A stretch of 64,000 bases of DNA from Clostridia bacterium. Lineage in GTDB: Bacteria > Bacillota > DULZ01. Position numbers and translations under genes: made by a program. The DNA lies in NCBI GenBank assembly GCA_012840125.1, contig DULZ01000004.1:29036-93035 (forward strand), written 5' to 3'. Below the pieces are notes generated by a model, which was given only the letters and a program-made list of their open reading frames with translations, was not told the origin of the DNA and did no database searches. Shown piece by piece: positions 55,607 to 64,000 of this stretch; position 1 is the stretch's first letter, and every line of letters begins with the position of its first letter.

Positions 55607-57073
55607 CTATTTCACCTCCGCCAGTGGGATATCCTTTGGAAATTCCAGCAACTGCTCCAGGGTGTAAGCCGCTCTCAACAAGGTGGGTTCCCCAAGGGGA
55701 GGCCCGATCAATTGCAGTCCTACCGGCAGTCCTTCCACTAACCCGCAGGGCAGGGAAATGGCCGGCAAGCCGGCAAGACTGGCCGGAATGGTGCAAATGT
55801 CGCTGGCATATACCTCGACGGAAGTCAACTCCTTAACCTGCTTCGGCCAGGCAACTTTGGGGGAGGTGGGGGTAACCAGCACATCATACCTGGCAAAGAT
55901 ATGATCGAAATCCTGCTTCACCAGGGTCCTCAACCGCAGTCCCTTGTCATAATAGTCCTTCAGGCGGCCGGGACCGGAAAAGAAGTGGCCGAGCAGGGTG
56001 CGCATCTTGACCTCATGACCGAGCCCTTCCCCGCGGGAACGGCAGTACATGGTTTCCAGATCCTCAGCCTCCAGGTTGCGGTAACCGAACCGCACGCCGT
56101 CCACCCTGGCTAAATTGGAACTGGCTTCGGTGGTACCGATCAGGTAATAGGCCGGTAAGGCGCACTCCGTATGAGGCAGGGATACTTCCTCCACCAGGGC
56201 GCCGTTACTGGCCAGGACTTGCAAGGCTTTTTTAATGGCCTCAATTACTTCCGGCGCCACTCCCGCCCCAAAGTACTCCTTGGGCACGCCCACCTTAAGC
56301 CCTTTGACATCTTCAACTAAGGATTGACTGTAATCCGGTACGGGCGCGGCCAGGGAAGTACCGTCCAGCGGGTCATGCCCTGCCATGGCTTGCAGCAACA
56401 AGGCACAATCCCGCACATCCCGGGCCATGGGACCGATGGTTTCCATGGAACTGACGGTGGACACCAATCCGTAGCGCGAAACCAACCCGTATGTAGGCTT
56501 CAACCCGACAATGCCGCAGAGGGCTGCCGGCTGCCGGACGGAGCCGCCGGTATCCGTCCCCAGGGCCAGCGGCAGCTGGCCCGCGGCCACGGCTGCGGCA
56601 CTGCCGCTGGAGGAACCACCCGGCACCCGTTCCAGATCCCATGGATTGCCGGTCACCTTAAAAGCAGACAATTCACCGGTACTGCCAAAAGCAAATTCAT
56701 CCATGTTCAGCTTGCCGAAGTTTATTGTACCTGCGGTCGCCAGCTTGTCCACCACCGTAGCCTGGTAGGCGGGCACAAAACCGGCGAGCATCTTGGATCC
56801 ACAGGTGGTTTGCAATCCCTTGGTGCAAATATTATCTTTATAGCCCACCGGGATGCCTGTCAAAGAGCCCACTTCTTTCCCCCGGGCAATCTCTGCATCC
56901 AGGTCATTGGCTTTGTTCAAGGCTTCGTCCCCATTAAAAAACAAAAAAGAACCCAGCTTTTCCTCGGTGCCGGCAATCCTGTCCCTGAAACTCTCCACCA
57001 CATCGCGCACGCTGATTTCTTTTCCGGCCAGGAGCCGGTGCAGCTCAAAGGCGGTCAGCTTGTATAAATCCAC
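55607..57073 (-). CDS. gatA: Asp-tRNA(Asn)/Glu-tRNA(Gln) amidotransferase subunit A
   Basis: Amidase signature (GGSSSGSAAAVAAG) and overall GatA collinearity. The stop/start is adjacent to gatB. Confidence 0.9.
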   Translation of the reverse strand: MDLYKLTAFELHRLLAGKEISVRDVVESFRDRIAGTEEKLGSFLFFNGDEALNKANDLDAEIARGKEVGSLTGIPVGYKDNICTKGLQTTCGSKMLAGFVPAYQATVVDKLATAGTINFGKLNMDEFAFGSTGELSAFKVTGNPWDLERVPGGSSSGSAAAVAAGQLPLALGTDTGGSVRQPAALCGIVGLKPTYGLVSRYGLVSTVSSMETIGPMARDVRDCALLLQAMAGHDPLDGTSLAAPVPDYSQSLVEDVKGLKVGVPKEYFGAGVAPEVIEAIKKALQVLASNGALVEEVSLPHTECALPAYYLIGTTEASSNLARVDGVRFGYRNLEAEDLETMYCRSRGEGLGHEVKMRTLLGHFFSGPGRLKDYYDKGLRLRTLVKQDFDHIFARYDVLVTPTSPKVAWPKQVKELTSVEVYASDICTIPASLAGLPAISLPCGLVEGLPVGLQLIGPPLGEPTLLRAAYTLEQLLEFPKDIPLAEVK

Positions 57074-57097
57074 AATGATTCCTCCTTCACGTCCTCG

Positions 57098-57385
57098 CTA
57101 GAGCAATTCAATCCTGGGCACCACAAAAAACCCCTCCTGAGCGAGCGGGGCATTGGCTAACGCAGTTTCTTGATCGTAACCCGGTTCAACCTCATCTTCC
57201 CGCAATACATTATGAATGGAATGGACAAAACCAAAGGGCGGGACATCATTTAAGTCCATTGTCAAATATTTATCCATATAAGCCAGGAGTTCTTCCAACC
57301 GCCGGATAAAAGCTTTTTTCTCCTCTTCCGTCAGCGTCAAACGAGCGGCTTTCGCCAGCACTTCCACTTCCCGGTCATCAATCAT
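57098..57385 (-). CDS. gatC: Asp-tRNA(Asn)/Glu-tRNA(Gln) amidotransferase subunit C
   Basis: 95 aa with the conserved LTEEE region, in position upstream of gatA. Confidence 0.85.
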   Translation of the reverse strand: MIDDREVEVLAKAARLTLTEEEKKAFIRRLEELLAYMDKYLTMDLNDVPPFGFVHSIHNVLREDEVEPGYDQETALANAPLAQEGFFVVPRIELL

Positions 57386-57603
57386 TCACGAAGCACCCCT
57401 TCTTTTTCGATATACTGCCATTAAAAACCATGAAGATTATATCAAATCAAAGATATAAGTGCAACTTAAGCCCCCCGGGCCGGCTTTTCCGTTAACCTTC
57501 CGGCGCCGTGCCCGTGGGAATATTTATAATCCCTGTTAATATTAAGCTCGATTATCGTTATAATAATATCAACAAAATCCAGTATGGATGCTCGAGGTGG
57601 ATC

Positions 57604-58290
57604 ATGATTCCCATTAGAGACAGTATTCGACCGCGGAAAACACCTGTGGTGAATTGGCTGCTCATCGGCCTCAACATTTATATCTTCATCCTGCAAACAA
57701 CCTTGTCGCCCAGGGAGCTGCGGCTGTTCTTCCACCAGTTCGGCGTCATCCCGGCCCACATCATCCACCTGGACTTGCCCATGCTCTTAGCCGGGCACTG
57801 GGAGCCTTTCGTGCCCCTGGTAAGCTCCATGTTCCTTCACGGCAGCTGGTGGCATTTGCTGAGCAACATGCTGTATCTCTGGGTGTTTGGCGATAACGTG
57901 GAAGACCGCTTGGGACATTTGGGCTACCTGTTTTTTTATGTGGCTATGGGATTAATCGCCGCCTTAACCCATGTCTGGTCGGATCCCTTCTCCACCGTCC
58001 CGATGGTGGGCGCCAGCGGCGCCGTGGCCGGGGTCCTGGGCGCCTACTTTGTCGCTTTTCCCAGGGCCAGGGTCCTGGCCCTGGTACCGGTGTTCTTTTT
58101 CCTGACCATTGCGGAAGTCCGTGCCGTGTTCTTTCTCTTCCTATGGTTCCTCCTGCAGGCATTATCGGGCCTGGGCACCATCCAGGGCGCCCAGTCCGTG
58201 GCCTGGTGGGCTCATATCGGCGGCTTCCTGGCGGGAGCCTTAACCTTTTTATTATTTAGGCCAAGGGCTCCCCTCCGCCGGTTCCCCTAA
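57604..58290 (+). CDS. rhomboid-family intramembrane serine protease
   Basis: FLHGSWWHLLSNMLYLWVFG...GASGAVAGVLGAY (catalytic Ser in GxSG) ...H in the last TM. Start MIPIRD at 57604 after GAGGTGG. Confidence 0.8.
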   Translation: MIPIRDSIRPRKTPVVNWLLIGLNIYIFILQTTLSPRELRLFFHQFGVIPAHIIHLDLPMLLAGHWEPFVPLVSSMFLHGSWWHLLSNMLYLWVFGDNVEDRLGHLGYLFFYVAMGLIAALTHVWSDPFSTVPMVGASGAVAGVLGAYFVAFPRARVLALVPVFFFLTIAEVRAVFFLFLWFLLQALSGLGTIQGAQSVAWWAHIGGFLAGALTFLLFRPRAPLRRFP

Positions 58291-58422
58291 TCCTGACACC
58301 GGGGCACCGGTGTGCGGTGATGGAACCAATGGGGCGGCAGCCGGCAGGAAAGGCCGGCCTCGGGGCTCACCCGGTGCGGCCCCCATCCAGCAGCCCTCAA
58401 CACGGTTTCCCGCCCAGTAAGG

Positions 58423-60471
<2,049 letters not shown>

Positions 60472-60492
60472 TCATCAAGTCAATGGGCCTGT

Positions 60493-62646
60493 TTACTTGG
60501 ATACCGGCGTTAACGGGGCATACTTGGCCAGCAGTATCTTCAAGCCTTGATCCGGAAACGCCACCGTCAGCTGCTGGTCATCCCCCTGCCCGGCTACCTT
60601 CACGATAACCCCCACACCCCATTTCGGGTGACTCACTTTATCTCCCAGCTGGAAGCCTCCTTGGGGCGCCGCCGGTTTAGGTTCAGCCGCAGGCCTGGAG
60701 GTGCTCCGAACTTCCCGGTCCCGGTTTTCCGTTTCACTGACCAGGTGTTCCGGTATTTCGGACAGGAAACGAGAGGGGGGATTGTACACGGTATTGCCGT
60801 ACAAGGTCCGCTGCCAAGCTCTGGTGAGGTACAGTTCCTCCTGGGCCCTGGTCATACCTACATAGCAGAGACGCCGCTCCTCTTCCAGCTCCTCCACCTC
60901 CAGCATGGAACGGCTGTGGGGAAACACCCCTTCTTCCATGCCGGTGATGAAAACGACGGGGAATTCCAGTCCTTTGGCGGTGTGCAAGGTCATGAGCACC
61001 ACCCGGTCCTTTTCTTCCGACAAGTTGTCCAAATCCGTCACCAGTGAAATCTGGGCCAGGAATCCTTCTAACGTTTTCTCCTCACTATACTTGTCGTAAT
61101 CATGGGTGACGGACAGGAACTCCTGCAAGTTCTCCAAGCGCCCTTGGGCCTCTTCCGTATTCTCCCTTTTCAGTTCTTCCAAATAGCCCGTCTCTCGCAG
61201 GACCAGCTCCGTCAAATCGGTTACAGATATCCTGTCCACTTTTTCCCTGAAACCCATCATCATGGCACCGAAATTGGCCACCGCCCCCGCGCGGCTGCCC
61301 AGGCCCGGGATTTCTTTTGCTTGCATCACCGCTTCCAAAACCGTCAGCCCCTGCTGCCGGGCATAATCCTCCAGTTTCAGCCAGGTCCCTTCTCCAATCC
61401 CGCGCTTCGGCACATTGATAATCCGGGCCAGGCTTAAAGCATCGGCCGGGTTCGCCAGCACCCGCAAGTAAGCTAGAATATCTTTAATTTCTTTCCGCTC
61501 ATAGAACTTGATGCCGCCGAAAATTTCATAAGGGATCCCATTCTTCAAGAAAGTCTCTTCCAGGACCCGGGACTGGGCGTTGGTACGGTACAGCACGGCA
61601 AAGTCCCGGTAGGCGCGTCTTTTCTCCTGGCGCTGCCGGTAAATCTCCCCGGCCACAAAATGAGCTTCATGATGCTCGTTTTCCCCTTGAAAGACGGCGA
61701 TTAAAGCGCCTCCTTCTTTATCGGTCCACAGGTTTTTGGGCTTCCTGCCGGTATTGTTGGCAATGACGGCATTGGCGGCATCCAGGATAACCTGGGTGGA
61801 ACGGTAATTCTGTTCTAATTTGACTACCCGGGCATCCGGGTAATCGTCTTCAAAATCCAGGATATTCTGCATGTTGGCACCCCGCCAGCCGTAGATGGAC
61901 TGGTCCGGATCCCCCACCACACAGATGTTCCTGTGCTCCTCCGCCAGCAGCTTGACCAGGATGTACTGGGCGTGGTTCGTATCCTGGTATTCATCGACGA
62001 GAATGTATTGAAATTTGTGCTGGTAATAGCGCAGCACCTCCGGATGCTGCCTGAACAGCTGCACCGTAAGCATCAGCAAATCATCGAAATCCAGGGCATT
62101 TAATTCTTTCAGCCTTTTTTGGTACAGCCGGTACACCTCCGCTCCCTTAACTTCGAAGAAATTGCCGGCCAGGTCAAAAAAACGCTCCGGATCCCACAGC
62201 ATGTTCTTGGCATTGCTGATCACATTGAGGATACTCCGGGGCGGGAACTTCCTGTCGTCCAGGTTCAATTCCGCCATGCAGCGCTTGACCAGCGTCAACT
62301 GGTCATCGGCATCGTAGATGACAAAATTGGGCTGGTAACCCAGCACGGAAATGTCCTTGCGCAGGATCCGCACACAAGCGGCATGAAACGTACTCACCCA
62401 CATGTATCTTAAATCGGCGCCCACCAACCGGCTGAGCCGTTCTTTCATCTCCTGAGCCGCTTTGTTGGTAAAAGTGATGGCGAGAATGCGGGCAGGGTCC
62501 ACCCCTTTTTCCGCCAAGAGGTAAGCGATCCGGTGGGTCAACACCCTGGTTTTACCGCTCCCGGCTCCCGCCAGCACCAGGAGCGGTCCTTCCGTGGTCC
62601 GCACTGCCTCTTGCTGCCTGGGATTGAGGGTATTAATGATATCCAA
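60493..62646 (-). CDS. pcrA: ATP-dependent DNA helicase PcrA (UvrD family)
   Basis: LNPRQQEAV...GPLLVLAGAGSGKTRVLTHRIAYL... are SF1 helicase motifs throughout, with a C-terminal Tudor-like tail. TTG start after AAGGAGG. Confidence 0.9.
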   Translation of the reverse strand: MDIINTLNPRQQEAVRTTEGPLLVLAGAGSGKTRVLTHRIAYLLAEKGVDPARILAITFTNKAAQEMKERLSRLVGADLRYMWVSTFHAACVRILRKDISVLGYQPNFVIYDADDQLTLVKRCMAELNLDDRKFPPRSILNVISNAKNMLWDPERFFDLAGNFFEVKGAEVYRLYQKRLKELNALDFDDLLMLTVQLFRQHPEVLRYYQHKFQYILVDEYQDTNHAQYILVKLLAEEHRNICVVGDPDQSIYGWRGANMQNILDFEDDYPDARVVKLEQNYRSTQVILDAANAVIANNTGRKPKNLWTDKEGGALIAVFQGENEHHEAHFVAGEIYRQRQEKRRAYRDFAVLYRTNAQSRVLEETFLKNGIPYEIFGGIKFYERKEIKDILAYLRVLANPADALSLARIINVPKRGIGEGTWLKLEDYARQQGLTVLEAVMQAKEIPGLGSRAGAVANFGAMMMGFREKVDRISVTDLTELVLRETGYLEELKRENTEEAQGRLENLQEFLSVTHDYDKYSEEKTLEGFLAQISLVTDLDNLSEEKDRVVLMTLHTAKGLEFPVVFITGMEEGVFPHSRSMLEVEELEEERRLCYVGMTRAQEELYLTRAWQRTLYGNTVYNPPSRFLSEIPEHLVSETENRDREVRSTSRPAAEPKPAAPQGGFQLGDKVSHPKWGVGVIVKVAGQGDDQQLTVAFPDQGLKILLAKYAPLTPVSK

Positions 62647-62725
62647 AGGTCTGCCTCCTTAATGCATATCGGTGTCTAGAGTATTTTACCATAAAATTTT
62701 ACCACAAAAACGCCCTCTATGGCGG

Positions 62726-62785
62726 AAAAAGGCAACCGGCGTTGACCGGAAAGTCCGGGTGACTTTCCGGTCAACGCCGGTTGCC
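62726..62785 (-). terminator. strong rho-independent terminator downstream of ddl (24-bp perfect stem)
   Basis: GGCAACCGGCGTTGACCGGAAAGT-ccgggtg-ACTTTCCGGTCAACGCCGGTTGCC, with UUUUU following on the minus strand. Confidence 0.7.
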
Positions 62786-62835
62786 CTCATCATGCCCCGC
62801 ACGGGGCCGGCACTCCGCCGGACGCCCGGTACGAA

Positions 62836-63945
62836 TCAGTCCATATAAGCATAACGGTTACGGCTCCGATCCCGGTGCCGTGCCAGCGCCAAGTCAATTA
62901 ACTTTTCCAGCAGCTTCGGGTAGGGAAGTCCCGCGGCCTCCCAGAGTTTAGGATACATGCTGATGCGGGTAAAACCGGGGATGGTGTTAATCTCATTGAT
63001 GAGAACTCGCTGGTCTTGGCGGGTCACAAAGAAATCAACCCGGGCCATACCGGCGCAATCAATGGCTTGAAAAGCCTCCACCGCCAGGCGCCGGATCTCG
63101 TCCGTTACTTCCCCGGGTAGGTCGGCCGGAATAATTAGCTCCGAATCATCCGCTATGTACTTGGCTTCATAATCGTAGAACTCATTGCAAGGAATAATCT
63201 CTCCAGGCACCGATACCTGGGGATCATCATTACCCAGCACGCTCACCTCAATCTCCCGGCCGTCAATATTTTCCTCCACCACCAGCTTGCGATCATACCG
63301 GGCCGCTTCGTGTAAAGCCTGCATCAAGTGTTCACGGTTTTTCGCCTTGGAGATGCCGACACTGGAACCTAGATTAGCCGGCTTCACAAAACAGGGATAA
63401 CCGATCCGGGCCTCTACCATTCCCACCACTTCTTCCGGCCGGCGCTCCCAGTCCCGCCGGAACACACTCAAAAACTTGGCCTGGGGCAAGCCGTGATAGG
63501 CAAAGAGTTTTTTCATCAAGATTTTATCCATACCAACAGCGGAGCTGGCTACCCCGCCCCCCACGTAAGGGAGATTGGCCAGTTCCAGCAGTCCCTGTAC
63601 ACAACCGTCTTCCCCGTAGGTGCCGTGCAGCACAGGGAACACCACATCAATGGGCTTTCCCAGTTCCGCTTCATAGGACCCGTGTTCTTGCAAAGGTACC
63701 AGATACGGTCTCTGGGGATCCGGGCTCAGGATCACCGGCAGCAAATCTCCACGGAAGCCCTGCTGCAGGACCTCCTGGGGTCCCGCACCAACCAGCCAGC
63801 GCCCTTCTTTGGTAATGCCTACCGGCAGCACGTCGTATTTTTCTTTATCTAAGGCATTAATCACTGATGCGGCAGATTGCAAGGAGACTTCATGTTCCCC
63901 CGAACGTCCGCCGAACAAGACGACAACCCGTAATTTCCCTGACAT
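62836..63945 (-). CDS. ddl: D-alanine--D-alanine ligase
   Basis: [20 protein letters not shown]...[10 protein letters not shown]...[13 protein letters not shown]... is the ATP-grasp Ddl pattern. Confidence 0.9.
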   Translation of the reverse strand: MSGKLRVVVLFGGRSGEHEVSLQSAASVINALDKEKYDVLPVGITKEGRWLVGAGPQEVLQQGFRGDLLPVILSPDPQRPYLVPLQEHGSYEAELGKPIDVVFPVLHGTYGEDGCVQGLLELANLPYVGGGVASSAVGMDKILMKKLFAYHGLPQAKFLSVFRRDWERRPEEVVGMVEARIGYPCFVKPANLGSSVGISKAKNREHLMQALHEAARYDRKLVVEENIDGREIEVSVLGNDDPQVSVPGEIIPCNEFYDYEAKYIADDSELIIPADLPGEVTDEIRRLAVEAFQAIDCAGMARVDFFVTRQDQRVLINEINTIPGFTRISMYPKLWEAAGLPYPKLLEKLIDLALARHRDRSRNRYAYMD

Positions 63946-64000
63946 GAAAGGTCACCTCAATGTTATGGTCAATATTTATCCTATGCTGCCGAACCGGTAA

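Noticed and set aside
57386-57603. Extended N-terminus (from 57508) of the rhomboid protease
   Set aside because: The upstream in-frame extension crosses the divergent promoter region and encodes Ile/Asn-rich low-complexity sequence. MIPIRD at 57604 after GAGGTGG is the plausible start.

Overview
This 64-kb window is about 55% GC, carries strong GGAGG-type ribosome-binding sites, and has most genes on the minus strand. It looks like a Firmicute-type sulfate/sulfite reducer. The evidence for that is a TRAP-style trp leader, a CwlD-like amidase, comAB-like sulfolactate genes and GatCAB.

The core (about 21.1-36.7 kb, all on the minus strand) is a large dissimilatory sulfite reductase (dsr) supercluster:
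- a small siroheme sulfite-reductase-like gene with a ferredoxin insertion, and an upstream 3xHTH XRE regulator;
- an unknown first operon gene;
- dsrK, dsrJ, dsrO, dsrP, dsrM (a complete DsrMKJOP set in the unusual order K-J-O-P-M);
- dsrA, dsrB, dsrD, a 2x[4Fe-4S] ferredoxin and dsrC;
- a CoA-disulfide-reductase/rhodanese fusion;
- a dsrN-like amidase of the CbiA family;
- a second dsrM-dsrK pair.

Upstream (15.6-20.3 kb, plus strand) are two paralogous YeiH/UPF0324-family transporters (the 'putative sulfate exporter' family). An unannotated 57-aa membrane ORF lies between them, followed by a membrane-anchored hypothetical protein and an ~770-bp gap that looks decayed and non-coding and contains an orphan terminator.

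The left flank holds a truncated typA, cbiA with a probable cobalamin riboswitch, comA-comB (phosphosulfolactate synthase and phosphatase), a CwlD-like amidase, a LysM protein, an SsnA/8-oxoguanine-deaminase-like amidohydrolase behind a structured leader, an acyl-CoA synthetase, a CPBP protease, a GMPP/PMM-like fusion, mrp and murI.

The right flank holds trpEDCF with a TRAP-type (GAG/UAG repeat) attenuator leader, carbamate kinase, a hydantoinase, thrC-like, glyA, an XdhC/YqeB/YqeC/MocA accessory set, sdaAA/sdaAB, a PLP enzyme, an XRE-cupin regulator, gatCAB, a rhomboid protease, ligA, pcrA and ddl.

No rRNA, tRNA, CRISPR array or obvious mobile element was found. The most novel-looking pieces are the dsr supercluster architecture (including the embedded CoADR-rhodanese and the satellite Dsr-like reductase with its regulator) and the twin YeiH transporter module.
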